Notes: generated by a model not told the origin, from the letters alone. A stretch of 64,000 bases of DNA from Lobosporangium transversale (GCF_002105155.1 NW_019029014.1:186001-250000); one strand, 5' to 3'. Positions 39,177-53,177 are shown, counted from the first letter of the stretch. Translations and numbers: made by a program.

Positions 39177-42100
39177 CTTTACCGTTCCCTCCATTTGCAA
39201 GCGCACGCTCAACAAGTTCGTCATGTGTTCCTTGTTCGACAATAGCACCATCTTTAAGACAAATAATCAGGTCCGAGTTGACAATAGTGCTCAGACGATG
39301 GGCGACCACAAGTGTCGTTCTATTCTCTGTCATCCTGGCCAATGCAGTCTGGATCTGACTTTCGGTCACACTATCCAATGCAGAGGTAGCCTCGTCCAGC
39401 AACACGATCGGTGGGTTCTTCAAAATAGTTCTCGCAATTGCCACACGTTGCTTCTCGCCTCCTGATAATCTTAATCCACGCTCACCCACTTTCGTATCAT
39501 ATTGCTCAGGGAAATCCAAGATTTTGTCGTGGATTTGAGCCGCCTTTGCCGCGAACTCCACTTCTTCTTTAGTAGCGTCGGTTCGTCCATAGTTGATGTT
39601 GTAATAAATAGAATCGTTGAAGAGAACTGAATCCTGGGGAACTACACCAATTTGTTCACGAAGACTCGCCTGTGTCTTTCTGGAAATATCCTGACCGTCA
39701 ATCAAAATCCGACCTTGGGCAACATCGTAAAATCGGAAGAGTAGACGCAAGATTGTCGATTTTCCTGATCCAGTAGGGCCCACCAAGGCAACAGTCTTGC
39801 CCTTGGGGACTGTGAAGCTGATATTCTGTAGGCCTTTCTGTCGAGAATCATACTGGAAGCTCACGTTGTCAAAGACAACTTCGCCATCATGCACGATCAA
39901 GCGATCTGCTCCAGGAATATCCTTGACGGTCTGGTTTTGGTCCAATAGTTTGATCATCTTTTCCATGTCGATGAAATTTTGTTGAAGCATGCGATAGTAG
40001 GAACCGAACCAGTTCAACTGTAGAGATCCATAAGGATCAAATGTAAAAAATAATAATGATAAAATAAAATAAAATAAAGAATTGATTAGCATTAGTAACT
40101 GTTTATAACGAAAGATACATATTCAACTGATTAGAGAACGGGTATTTGAGTAAGGTCGCTTACAGGTACGTAGAGCTGATTCAAATAAATGATAAAAGTG
40201 ATGAAATCAGCAACATCACGTTCGCGCAGCGAGATTTCGTATGCGCACAACATACATCCTGCCAACATGCCCATGGTGATGACAAACGACTGCGCAAGGT
40301 TCAGTAACTGATAGGTAAATTGACTCTTGTAGTCTGCGATCATGTATTTGCCGATGGCGGCTCTGTACCGGTTGATCTCGTATTCTTCTGCAGTATAGTA
40401 CTTGACTGTTTCAAAATTCAGTAGCGAATCTACCGCTTTAGCACGAGCATCATTATCGAATGAGATCATAGCCCTTCGGAATTGAGTTCGCCATTCAGTG
40501 ACTACAACTGTGACCAGAATATAGGCCACGATTGTGATAAAGATAATCACTGCGTACTTCCAGCTCCATTGTAGACAGAAGTATATCACAGCGATGGCCA
40601 CATCTGCCACAACGGGTACAAACTGAAACATGACGGTGCTTATTAGTGAAATGATAGAACTAGTTCCTCGGTCCAGAATCCGCAGCAGCTCTCCAGTTTT
40701 TCGATTCAAATGGAATTGAAGTGATAGAGTGTGAACATGCTCAAAAAATCGGATGGTGAGGGTGCTGTTACTATACTGGTCAATGGGGATCCATGCCCAT
40801 CCTCGGGCTGCAGCGATAATACCTGAACCGCCTTGCAAGTATCGGAGCAGAATGTAAAGGAGAATGCCCCATACATCAAACGCTGTTGAAGGGAAAATCG
40901 ACGTATTAGATACTATGTAAACGCAAATATGTTCATTCATGTAAATCATTCACATGCGTCTCTCCCTCTTTTTTTCTTTTTTTCTGAAACTTACGATCAT
41001 CAGTTGAAAGACGCTTCACAATACGGTTGGTTTGGATAGGAACCAACACGTTGACAACACGGCCCAGAGCCAAGAAGAAAAAAGTCAAGAAGATCATGAA
41101 CTTCAACCATGAATCATTCTTGGGGTACACATATGGGATAAGTCGTTTGATCTTGGGCCAAAAATCTTTGAATGCATTCGCTCGCTCTTCTTGTTCAGTT
41201 TTGAGTTTTTTTTCAATCTCATCATCTGAAGATGAAGTCATTGCTGGCTTCTTCTTACTGTTATCGTCTGTTTCCTTGCGTGGGCCAAATGCCTTTGCAA
41301 ACGTGCCATAAGCTCCGACCCTTGTAGATGATGAAGCAACAGTCGTTACAGTTTCAGGCGCACCGGGGTCGAGAGCGCGAAGGGCTTCGAGATCATCTTC
41401 CTTGGATTCTCTTTTATGGTGTACAGCTGACAGCAATGCCAAGATACACAGCAAGACATAACGAACTGCAAAGAGACCAACTAGTATATAATTGAAGTGT
41501 TTAAAATTCTCCGATCCAGAGGAAGAATCTGTAGGGGATAGGGCAAAGAAAAGAAAACAAAAAAGAAAATGAATACAAGTTGATGTAATTGTTATCGCAC
41601 AAAAAGAAGGAAACCAAAGGAGCAAGCAACGTTACCATCGGGAATGCCTTCAAGATGAAACCATCCAATGAAGGATTCGCCTGCCAGGGCTAGCCACCAA
41701 AACAGATAGTTAGCCCAACTCCATTGACCGACGTTCATCTCCGCCTCAATGTGCATCAACGCCAAGTTAGCTACGATGGCTACAAATGACAGGATGTTAT
41801 AAAGAACAACCAAGGTCCCCGACCAGATATGATCCATCATGGCCCGCAAACAAATCAGACCCAAGCTCGCTAGAAACGTGCATCCAACAAGATAGTTCAT
41901 GATCACTATGATCCAACCCAGCTTTGACAACTTGGACTCTTGGGTCCTCTCTGATGATGGATCATCTGGACTGACCTCGGAAAGAAGTGGGCGGTAGTAT
42001 GACCTTACTCGGAGTACAAAAAAGTACCTGCATTCATCAAAAAAAAAAAAAAAAAAAAAAAAAGGGGGTCGATCAGTTTTTTTTCCGTCTGGTTTTTCTA

Positions 42101-42275
42101 TATCTCCACAGAGCCGTTAAGGAATTAAACAACAATGACATCTGATTTAACGCTTTTTTTTTTTCACTCACCTGTAGATGCCAGCAAGAATAGTGAAGGA
42201 GAGGAGTCCCAGGGGTACCAACAACTCTGTCTCATTGTGGTCATGTGGCTGGTTTGTGGCTGATAAAGTGTCCAT
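38530..42275 (-). CDS. HMT1: Half-size ABCB transporter, HMT1/ABCB6-like (heavy-metal tolerance), multi-exon
   Basis: N-terminal hydrophobic extension, TMD motifs [13 protein letters not shown] and [14 protein letters not shown], Walker A GPTGSGKS, signature [13 protein letters not shown], Walker [11 protein letters not shown]. Confidence 0.88.
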
Positions 42276-43541
42276 AGCGTACACCCTCAAAGCTTTATCC
42301 AAACAAGCGCAGTGATGACGAAAACTTTTGTTTTTCTTATTTTTCTCCGAAGGATTGGTGGGATAGAAGAAAAAAGACGGAGAGACCAAGTAAGGATGAA
42401 TGAACAAATGAAGAACAGAGGATGAATGAGCGGAGGTGAAGAGAAAGAGGGAGGTGAAGAGAAAGAGGGAGGGAACAAAGCCCCAAGTGTAATGGAGTTT
42501 GAAATGACTGAATCAGAGAGAAGAAGGTCTTTTTGATGTGTAATCATCTTTTATGCACTGTTCGGAAACTTAAAAAAAAGGTTATTCTGATTGGCCCATC
42601 TCTCATGTCTTTTTTTTATTTATTTTCTCCACGCAAGCTGATGTGATTAAGGACAAGGCTTCTTACAATGAACAGTGCGCACCCAAATGAAGGGTCTGAC
42701 AATGTTCGATAAATCAAGTAAGGATGAATGTCAATGCGTAGCAAAAAAAAAAAAAAAAAAATCACAAAAACTAATCCTATTCTTCCAAAGAGTCTTCAAG
42801 AATGATCGCATGGTCTCTTTCATTAATGTGATCAGACAAAAGGGTATTGATCCTTTGATCCAATTCTTAACGGCCTAACAAATTTAATTCTATCGCTTAT
42901 AGTCCGCATGGCCCTTGACCTCCATCTTCTCCTTATACCTGCATCTCAATACAGATGATGATGGGCCTATTTTTGCTCAGTACTGGAACTCAATGCAAGG
43001 TGATCAAGATAAGCTCTACTGCTGCTCCAGCTGTGCCGTGCGCTTCTATCCTCGAAACCCTTGAGTCACTGACTGAAGATTCAATGAAAAGGATCAGGTC
43101 AATGATGAAGTACAATTCCTGGTCCTCCCTACATGACAACATTAGACCTGGGAATACATCTTTCGTCAGCACAAATCTTGCAAGAGCCTTTGCCGTTTAG
43201 CCGTCCCTGCCTACATCATCTCGGAAAGACAAATGTCAAGGACCAACGATGCAGGCTAGGCGGTGGGTAGGAACCAAAGGCGGTAAAAGTGGAGCAAATG
43301 TTTATTGAAGAGAGTTACTCTAATAGGTGTAATAGGTCAATCTATGCATATTTGTAGCTACGCCAAAAATGTCATGATAGACTATATGGCCACAGTCACT
43401 AGCTAAGCACGAGGCTTACGCTCGCTTACAAGTAGCGGTATGGTGTATTCCCCAATATAAAAGCACAAAAGTGTTCTGGTTCATCGCTGGTACACCACAT
43501 CAGAAATCACCCGAAAAAGCACCGGCGATTCACGCCAGCTG

Positions 43542-43573
<32 letters not shown>

Positions 43574-45847
43574 CGACGTCTTGTGGATCAACAATTTTGG
43601 TAGAACAGGCCTTGTTTTGATAGTTGTCTCTGAGGCTCTTCAGCTGACTCTTGTGTTCGAAGCCTTGTCGGTACAATTTGAACAAAGCCCATTGACTGTT
43701 TCTAGAATGTGGGCAATTGCGCAGCAAATACTGACACGATTGAAGAAAAAAAAAAAAAAAAAAAAAAAAGTGTTCAGCAAGAAAGAGTACGTATTCTATT
43801 ATGATAAGCTCATGAAAGCCTTTGGGATAGCCGTCGCTGAGGACCCAAAGGGTCCAAGGCTAGCGTTCCCTGGAAGAAAGAAGGCAAAAGGATGAGAACG
43901 AGATAGTAAGTATACTGAATTAATTTGGTGACAGCTAAACAGTGAATGATGACAAGCAAGTCAAAGTGAAACCATGTAAATATTTCATACTTAGTTGAGG
44001 ATGGCTCCATAGTTGGTCATTTCTCGCGACGGGGACATAGCATTTTATAGCCTCTGGATGTGTCTTATATGGTTTGTGAAAGTGAAGAGAGAAAAGTTAA
44101 GGGTGGATGAAGAGCAAACATTAAGTAAAAAAAAAAAAAAAAAAAAAATACAATACCTCTGATGGTAGTTGTAATGAAGCCATTCTAGATTATAATAGTA
44201 AGCGAAATGAATCAATAATAAAAAAAGAAAAAATCAAAGATGGTTGTCAAACTACCAGAGAGATCGTTATCGCCCAGTGTTAAACCATTGTTTGTTACTC
44301 TGATTAGGCCGTCAACGCGTCCAAATGCGTTTGCAGTCCAATGTTTGCACGAACACCTAAAATGGGCTCTGACAAAAATTAACCAACCAGAACATGCTTG
44401 GATTCTTTGACGTTCTTACAGCAGACAAAGGAAGTAGACAGACATTGTCCACTTTCGGTAAAACAAAGAAAATAGAGAAGTCTTTCATCTCCAAATGCGG
44501 GTGTAGACGAGGATAATCCGTTGCTAATAGGAGGTGATCATACATCAACAGTCCCTTTTTTTTTGCCTTCTCTTAGATGATGGTGCGACAATAATGTGGA
44601 GAAAGATTTATTTATTCAAAGAACAAGTAAGACGGTGTGATAGAAGTAATAAAGAGGATGCTATTATTCATACATGCATGTCCACAAGGAGTGTCTTTAC
44701 TGCAATAGAGGAACTACATTATGGCGCTGTCAAGCATGTCTTTATTTCACACTGCTTTTGTCTTTGTCATTGCAACGGAAGATATCACTGCGAAAGTAAA
44801 TTTTTTTTTTTTTTTACTTATTTTATTTCATTTAATGTCGCAATACCAAGTAATGCAATAAAGCGTTGGATGCATTACGTTGCCCATGTATCCTATTATG
44901 AAAGAGTGTACATGTGTGTGCAGCTTTCTTAGACTGCTAGCCTACATTATCTGACCATGTTGGTTTGTAAGGACCCTTCTGTCTATCGAAGCTTCCATGT
45001 GAATATTTCATATGCATTTTTGTTATTGTGTATATAGACGACAATGTCTTGTATGATACATATAATACTATAAGACATTTTATATTATAATATTGTATTA
45101 TATTCCTTTAATGTTATATTACAAAGCATACGGAGCATACGCATAAAAAGCATGCATTATATTCCTTAATTCTACAAATCAATCCGGCGATGATATCGCA
45201 GTTCAGGGTCATTAAAAAGCAAAAGAAAAAATAAGCAAGACAAAAAGTATAAACAGATCCTTATCTGACCAATAAAAGCAAACTAGGGCGTCGACACAGT
45301 CTTAAAAAAAAAGAAAAAGAAAAAGGCAGCTTGAATAGAACCTGCCGCAGTACAGCACCCCTTCCCTCAATAGATGAGAGAGAGTAAATGAATAGAATAA
45401 ACAAGCTTGACTGACAGATGTGCTTCTCTACTATGGATCAAAAGCTACTTGAGCTTAATGTCTGTAGATTGGTTGTTGTGAAGTCTGTCTAATATCTTGA
45501 GGATAGGATATTGTTCTCACCTCCACCCGTGAGACTTTTTCTTCTTTTTTCCTCTTCTTTATTCCTCTTCTTTATTGTAAGGGGATGGATGATATCATCG
45601 TTATTCACTATCCTCTTCAAGGCTTGGCAAAGGCATCAAGGCATATTAGCCTTCTTTTGCCACCATTCATAAATTTTTGTTTCGCTTTTGAACGTACAAA
45701 AAGCAAAGTACTTGATATATTCATTATTCAGTCAAATTCTTTCCTGTCGCATAATGGCTTTCACTTACTTTTGTTCTCCTGATCACTGATCTTTTTTCCT
45801 TCGCGAGTGCTTCCGAAAACGAATATAAAAGGGTCAATCTCAACTTT

Positions 45848-45878
<31 letters not shown>

Positions 45879-46474
45879 CCTCGGCCTCCTTGGCCCTCTT
45901 GATCAAGCTAGAATGGTAAGCAACACTCCTCAAACATCCACACCTACTGAAATGTTCAGCCCTCTCATCCCATGCTACATCGCTCTTGTTCTAACTTTAT
46001 CTTTTCTTGCCTGTCTCTCTCTTTTCATGTCATCCTTAGGCCACAGATGATATGAATCCTCTCCTAAACCAACCGGAGCCTGGCAGTTCGAGCCAGCTCC
46101 ACGATCAACTGGCGCCTCCATAAACAATATAGTGCCAACCCGCCCTGCCCCATCCTCCTCGCTGAAGCGGCCAGAGCATCTCATCCAAACAGCCAGGCCG
46201 CTTCCTCACTCAGGCGACCAGGCCAAACCCTCTCACTCAGCCAGCTAGGCTGCCTCCTTGTCCAAACAGCCGGGCTATGCCGTCGCTGCCTCGCTCAAGC
46301 AGCTTGATCACCTTCTCGAGCAAGCTCAAAGCCATGGCGACCAGGCTGCCCCTCCTTGGTGTGCTCTGGACGTCCCCTATCTAAAGAACAAAACCAACGA
46401 GAAACTGGACGATCCCAACGTCAAAACAAATATTAAAAAAACCAAAAATCAAAAATCAAAGAAAAAAGCAAAGA

Positions 46475-46558
46475 AAAAAAAAATCCAGAAAAAAAAATCC
46501 AGAAAAAAAAATCCAGAAAAAAAAATCCAGAAAAAAAAATCCAGAAAAAAAAATCCAG
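46475..46558 (+). repeat. 14-bp tandem repeat (AAAAAAAAATCCAG)x6 within a ~430-bp A-rich tract
   Basis: Six exact consecutive units followed by degenerate variants. Confidence 0.9.
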
Positions 46559-46656
46559 AAAAAAAAACCCAAAGAAAAAAAAAAAAAAACCAAAGAAACA
46601 TAAAAAAAAAGATCCAAAGAATAAAAAACTTATAAAAAAAAAAAAAGAAAAGAGCT

Positions 46657-46693
<37 letters not shown>

Positions 46694-46798
46694 AAAGAAA
46701 AGAACTTATTAAAAAAAAAAAAAAGATTAAAGAAAAAAAACTTATCCTAAGAAAAATTCCAAAGAAAAAAATCCTAAAAAAAAAACCAAAAAAAGAAT

Positions 46799-46840
<42 letters not shown>

Positions 46841-47452
46841 AGAACTAACACTTCAAATTCCAATAGAGCAACAACGCATATCCAAGGTAGGCCCGGACGG
46901 GCATGAGCCTGAGCTGGCTCTCATGAGCCATGCGATGGCGGAGCCCCTTCGGCTGGATTAATGGGTTAATGGGTTAATGGGTATGTGCACGGGCGTTTGC
47001 AAGGCCATGGGACCTGACCAACGGAGCACGATTTGCCAGACCACGTGTGCTCCGGACAACATCAAGACATCCCAAGGTGGCTAAGAGTCTGGCCTTTTGT
47101 AGCTTAGTATGTAGCCAGGTAGCAAACAAATAACTAAATAAAGAGTAAATTTTTTTAAAAATAAAAAAATAAAAAATAAAAAATAAAAAATAAAAAAAAA
47201 GTTGATTTAAAAGGCACCAAGAAGTAAAAAGCAAGTTGATAGGCATTCATTGAATTGTGATAGTGTTGATGGCAGATCATTGAATGGCATGGCACAATAT
47301 GGTTTGAAATGATAATAGTTAGAAGACAAGAGTGCTGCGGGTTCGTTATGAGTTTAAGAGGCGGCCGCCTGTTTGCTCTTTTGATTATGAGGAATAGCCT
47401 CCATCCTGGGCTTCTTACTATCCGAGTGGCATTGTGCAATGCAGCTGGTAAA

Positions 47453-47496
<44 letters not shown>

Positions 47497-47813
47497 TAAT
47501 GATGATAGTGATAGCGGTGGTGATAGAGAACGAAGCAGCCAGTTTGGATTATGATCTAAAAGGACAGTGAAAGGAGATGTGGGCGAAGCAATGTTGACAC
47601 GTAGCGCTCCTGCCATATTTCAAATCTCTATTGCGCCTTCGCGATACTTCAAAATCTAGGCAAATTTAATGTGAACAGGTAATGCTGTGGTACTATATAC
47701 TTCCTGCAATGGTATAAATAAATATAATACATGCGAATAGCAAGATGATGGGATGACAACCACTTTGTCTTGTCTTGTTGATAAAAATAAAAAGAAGCTC
47801 AAATCGCCTATTA

Positions 47814-49619
47814 TTAGGCAATAAGACGAAGGATCTTGCGGCCAGTTCTCTTCCAAAAGGGAAGGTGAACATTCTCATCACCACCCTCTTGTCCTTTCTG
47901 AGCAACAGCGTTACTTGTGCCGCGGAGGATGGTAGGTCGTCCAGAGTCAAGGTCGACCTCCAGTAAAGGGACCAGCTTGGTCTTATGATACACTTTCCAG
48001 ATAATGATCGTCAAGAAAAAGACTGGTGCACCCACGAAGACTGCGACAATTCCTTCGACATCAAACGGCTCCGCTGTAACTGCCTGGTAGCCCTGCATAA
48101 ACACAATCATAAGCGCTAACAGGATAGAGATGTAGCAGCTGAATGGGAACAGTGGTGCGATGTATGGTAGCTCAGCCAAGGAACGGCCTTGGGCTTTGAG
48201 CGCAGCACGGAAACGCAGGTGAATGATGGAGATTGACATCCAAGTGAGTAAGGCTGACATGCCTGTGAGGTTGACAAGCCATGTGAAGACAACACCAGTA
48301 CCGACAACGTCAGAGACAAACGCAATACTGGCGATGAGGGTGACAAGAGCAAGGGAGTATAGGGGAACACCACGGCTATTGACGCGTCCAAAGATGGCGG
48401 GCATCTTGCCCTCACGGCCCATAGCCATCAGGGTCCGTGTAGAGGCATAGAATGAGCTCTGGCCAGCCGAGAGGACAGCAGTCAAGAGAACAGCGTTTAT
48501 GGCATGATCAGCGCCAGGCAGACGGGCCATCTTGAAGATGATTGTGAAGGGCGCCATCGGCACTGCCTCATTAACATCAGCTTGAGCTGAATTGAGCAAG
48601 TTTTTATCTGTCCATGGGATATTCAGGCCAATGACGGTGATTGAGAGGATGTAGAACAACAAGATTCTCCAGAAAGTATGACGGATGGCCTTGGGAACAG
48701 CCTTACCGGGGTTGGCAGATTCTCCTGCGGTGATGCCGATCAACTCTGTGCCGCCGAAGCTGAAGAATGCCCAAACACAGGTGGTAAAGATATTGACAGT
48801 CCTATCGCGTGTAGACTCTCCAACGATGGGTGCGCCCTCAATATGCCAGTTTTTTCCTCCGATGGTTTCACCTCCAACAGCTCCAGTGCAGACTAGGATG
48901 CCTACAATGATGAAGATTACACAGGTCAGGACCTTGATCATACTCAACCAGTACTCCAGCTCGCCAAAGGCTTTGACGCCCAGTAGGGTGATTGCGACGA
49001 GGACTAGGATGAAGACAAGGGCAGGGATCCACATCTTTAGATCTGGCCACCAATATTGTAAAATAAGTCCTGCAGAGGTGACCTCGATCGTGACAGTGAT
49101 GGTCCATTGAAAAGCATAGCCAATTCCGAGGCCAAAGCCCAGAGCTGGGTCGACAAAGCGTGAGCCAAAAGTTGTGAATGCACCAGGCAATGGCAGATAG
49201 GCAGCCATTTCTCCTAGAGATGTGACTATAAAGAAAACCATGATTCCTTTTTTTTTTTTTTTTTTTTTTTCAAACACCATGTTCCATAAAAAAAAAAAAA
49301 TAAGGTTAAGGTTTACGAATAAGTGATGATAAACTATTCTTTTTTCTTTTTTTTTTTTTTTTTTTTTTTGTTGAGCATTCAACTCACCAACAATGGTGTA
49401 TGAAATCAAGGCTCCAAGGGGTCCAGAAGCAGCAACTGATCCTCCTGAAGACAAAAAGATGCCTGTGCCGATAGTGCCTCCAATAGCGATCATCTGCAGA
49501 TGGCGAGACTTTAGGTCACGCTTGACTGCGCCAAATTCCTGGTTTTCCTCGTTTTGTTGAAACGCATCCTCCACTGGGTCATCCACCGAGTACTCCTGCT
49601 TCTCGCCGTAGTCTGGCAT
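47814..49619 (-). CDS. Amino-acid permease (APC/YAT family); exons 49619-49388, 49246-47814
   Basis: LKSRHLQMIAIGGTIGTGIFL, FGELEYWLSMIKV, FSFGGTELIGITAGESANP, FWRILLFY; about 12 TM segments. Confidence 0.95.
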   Translation of the reverse strand: MPDYGEKQEYSVDDPVEDAFQQNEENQEFGAVKRDLKSRHLQMIAIGGTIGTGIFLSSGGSVAASGPLGALISYTIVGELNAQQKKKKKKKEKRIVYHHLFVNLNLIFFFLWNMVFEKKKKKKKGIMVFFIVTSLGEMAAYLPLPGAFTTFGSRFVDPALGFGLGIGYAFQWTITVTIEVTSAGLILQYWWPDLKMWIPALVFILVLVAITLLGVKAFGELEYWLSMIKVLTCVIFIIVGILVCTGAVGGETIGGKNWHIEGAPIVGESTRDRTVNIFTTCVWAFFSFGGTELIGITAGESANPGKAVPKAIRHTFWRILLFYILSITVIGLNIPWTDKNLLNSAQADVNEAVPMAPFTIIFKMARLPGADHAINAVLLTAVLSAGQSSFYASTRTLMAMGREGKMPAIFGRVNSRGVPLYSLALVTLIASIAFVSDVVGTGVVFTWLVNLTGMSALLTWMSISIIHLRFRAALKAQGRSLAELPYIAPLFPFSCYISILLALMIVFMQGYQAVTAEPFDVEGIVAVFVGAPVFFLTIIIWKVYHKTKLVPLLEVDLDSGRPTILRGTSNAVAQKGQEGGDENVHLPFWKRTGRKILRLIA

Positions 49620-50819
49620 GGCGAGGATAATGGTGCTTTTAGAAAATCAGGAACTAGGCAGTTAAGCTGAAGAATGTACGAGAGATATATATAAAAAAAA
49701 AAAAGAGGTTTGATGGTTAATGAAGGTATAAAAATAAAAATAAAAAGACAGTGAGAGAGAGAGAGAGAGAGAGAAGGGGGGGGGGGGGGGAAGAAAAGAC
49801 AGGTGGAATAACGAGGATCTTGAGGGCTAAGGGAACAGAGAAAAACAAAAAACCGACGGAAAAAAAAGGGAGAGAGGAAAGGACGGGGGATAAAAAAATA
49901 AAAAAAAAGAAATGAAGAGAGATGTGTTTCTGCAACCAAATGAAAAGTCAACTAATAAGAATGCAAATATGCATAGGACTTACTTGTGGCCAAGTACATG
50001 TACACCAATGTGGCTAGAATTTCCTTGATGGATGCGGACTTTATTAAAAAAAAAAAAAAAAAAAAAAAAAAGGCGTCATTGAAACCAGGGATGTAACCAT
50101 CATTGGAGCGTGTCTTTTTCTTGGTGCAGTAAAAAGAAAACTTTGCTGGGACAATGCGGACAACATTCCTACATTAGGTTCAGTTGTTTTAACTGACACG
50201 CCGACGCTTTCATCCAGAGTGTAAATGTTGCAACCTTAAAAGAAAACAGCTCCGTCCACATCAATGCTTTGCAAATATGTACTGTACATGCTGCTCTATC
50301 CGTCGAAACTGCGCCCTTGACTTGCTGATGATCAGAAATTTATTCACAAAAAAAAAAAAACGTTTCTCCAAATGTCCAACTGTTTATCTATTTTTTTTTT
50401 TTTTAATGAGATCACGACGCGTTCTCTGGAAGAGTAATACTCTATCTATTTGTACAACGACTGCTTGGGGGGTACATGTACATGAATATGTATCATTACT
50501 AACCTACTCAGTGAGGAAAAAAAAAAAGTCCAATGCGATGTGGGGCGAGCTAAGAATTGTTGTTGTTGTTGTGTTGTTGTGTTGTGAAAGAATATTTACA
50601 TGAATGGGGTCAGTTGGGACATGGAATTCATTGGCAATGTCATTTGCCCGGATTTTTTTTGTTATTCCAATAGAATTTTCACACATCGATTTTAATGCTC
50701 AGGCCCTCCTCACACTCTCTGACTTTTATTTTATTTTATTTTATTCGAATTTGCTTCAGTTCATCATTACATTTTACATTACATTATACTAAGCAAAACA
50801 AAAGAAAAAAGAAACCAAA

Positions 50820-51599
50820 ATGGGAAACTCGCCTTCAGGGGACAAGGGCAGGTATCGCTATGGATACCATGTTCTTAGGGTATTGACAAGATTTTTTTTT
50901 TTAAAAAAAAAAAAAAAAATAAAAAATAAAAAGATGCATGGAATGCTCACCATGAGATGACATTACTGAACTTGACGCGTAACATGTCACACACTCCTCT
51001 AGGTTAAAAACGACTCACCTGCTGCTCAAGCAGGACTACGACCATTCTTTGACTACATCGTTGCTGTCAATGGCATTCGTTTGGTAATACACATTTACTT
51101 ACTTGTTTATTCTTAAACTCCCACCCCTTCTATCAACTTGGAATTTAATCCGTTTATCCTTTTTTTTTTTTTTTTTTTTTGGAGACTTTAGAATAAAGAA
51201 AATACAACTCTTCAAGAGCAATTGGAAGCATATGAGAACAAAACGATGACATTGGATGTGTACTCCACCAGAGCACAGGAACTACGAAGTATGAAATACA
51301 TATATATATCATATTGGATTCATCAATGGCGGATCTTTTTTTTTTTTTTTTTTTTTTTTCTAACGGACACCAACTACATCTCGACAATCTTTTCTTTTCT
51401 TTTCTTTTCTTTTCTTTTTTCTTTGAGATAGAGGTCGAGATGATTCCTACGAGGACATGGGGCGATGATAAAGATGGACTAATTGGCTGTAGTATTCGAT
51501 TTACTCTTTTCGATACAATCAACGACATTGTCTGGCATATTTTGGTAAGTCTTTTTTTTTTATTTTTTTATTTTATTTTTATTATTATTATTATTATTA

Positions 51600-51631
<32 letters not shown>

Positions 51632-51888
51632 GCCAACAGACTGACCAGATTGGAACTGATTGCATTTTTTATTTTTTTTTCTCTTTGAATGAAAAAGGAT
51701 ATCATGCCAAATTCTCCAGCAGAACGCGCAGGTTTAGATGCTCATAAGGACTATATCATCGGAACCTCATTAGGAGTCATGCGGGCTGAAAGCGACCTGT
51801 ATGACCTTGTGGAGGACTATGTTGACGAGCCTTTACCACTTCATGTCTATAATCTCGATGCTGATGAAGTCCGGGAGGTAAAAGCTCT

Positions 51889-51924
<36 letters not shown>

Positions 51925-53177
51925 TTCCTTGACTCTTTCTTTCCAATATTTTTTAACGTTCTCTCATTCGTCTCTGTCCGGACTATGTTCTATGCTGTAT
52001 TTAGGTCATTATTGTCCCCAGTAATGATTGGGGTGGTCAAGGACTCTTGGGCTGTGATGTAGGATACGGGTAAGGAATAGGCTATCTCATGAACAATGTT
52101 TGTCGACTCGATCTCTTGATCCTTATCTGTTTTTTTTTTTTTTTTTTTTTTTTTTTCCTCCGATGAGACAGATACCTCCATCGGTTGCCAAAGGATCCTA
52201 TGCAACATCGGGTAGCAAGTAGATCAGCGAAGGTGAAGGAAAAAGGCCCGATAGAGTCGAAAAAGCATAAAGAGAGCAATTTGTCATCATCTACTTCATC
52301 AGAAAAGAAGGATTTGAGCACTACCGCGGAGCATGTTCAGCAGGAAAGGGCCTCCGCAGTCCAAGATTCTGTCTCTCCAGTGCAGGCATCTGTGGGGAAC
52401 AACAATGATTATTCAGCAGAGCATTTGACTACTTCTTTCCCAACGACATCATCAACAGATGAACCTCACCCGACTCAAACACACATACGCGCCATTTCTA
52501 GTTCTTGTTCCTCCTCCAGCAGTGGCGGCTCTTCAAACCCTTTGTTTGTTGATGGTGTAGAGAAGCAAAAAGCTGAGGTTACTGCTTCTGTGGATTCTGA
52601 GCCTTCATCTCCGTCACAGCCACAGCCACATTTGAACTTTAAGGGTCAGCAGGGAGAAGACATAAAGAAAGAATTGTCATCATCGCCAGAGAATACTCCA
52701 CGACGTATGCCTCCACCAGCGATGGCAGCCAGGATGATGCGCGGAGGTATTCATGGCAGGGGTGGAGGTCGTGTTGGTCATGATGGACATTCCATACGTA
52801 CAAAGATATCCTTGGAGACCGCTCAGCAACAAGCACAACAGTACTCTGCAGAATATCGTGATCAAAAGGCACAGTTAGATTCAGAGGAGCATGAGCATGA
52901 GCATGAGCATGAGCATGAGCATGAGAAGGAAAAGGAAAAGGAGAAGAAGAAGGAAGGAAAGAAGGCAAACATCGATAGTAAGAGTGAGCTTCTTCCTCCT
53001 ACACAAGTCGAGGCAGGAGTACGCTCACAACATCTGGATACTCGGACTAAGCGAACAGGAGACCAATCTCCAGAAGGACCTCCAGTGTCTCCGGGTGTAG
53101 ACTTTAGAGATCGCGATCATGAGGTGGAGGGTATGATCCGTCATATGGCTCTTGGCGCATCCGTGTTTACTATCTGA
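50820..53177 (+). CDS. GRH1: GRASP55/65 family Golgi reassembly stacking protein, about 7 exons
   Basis: MGN..GYHVLR/VKNDSPAAQAGLRPFFDYI, GLIGCSIRF, VWHIL/DIMPNSPAERAGL, WGGQGLLGCDVGYG/YLHRLP are tandem GRASP PDZ domains, followed by a disordered tail. Confidence 0.92.

Noticed and set aside
46258..46635. Lys-rich 125-aa ORF
   Set aside because: The C-terminal half is just translation of the A-rich tandem repeat.
46958..46981. (TTAATGGG)3 as telomeric repeat
   Set aside because: Only three units, interstitial, and differs from TTAGGG.
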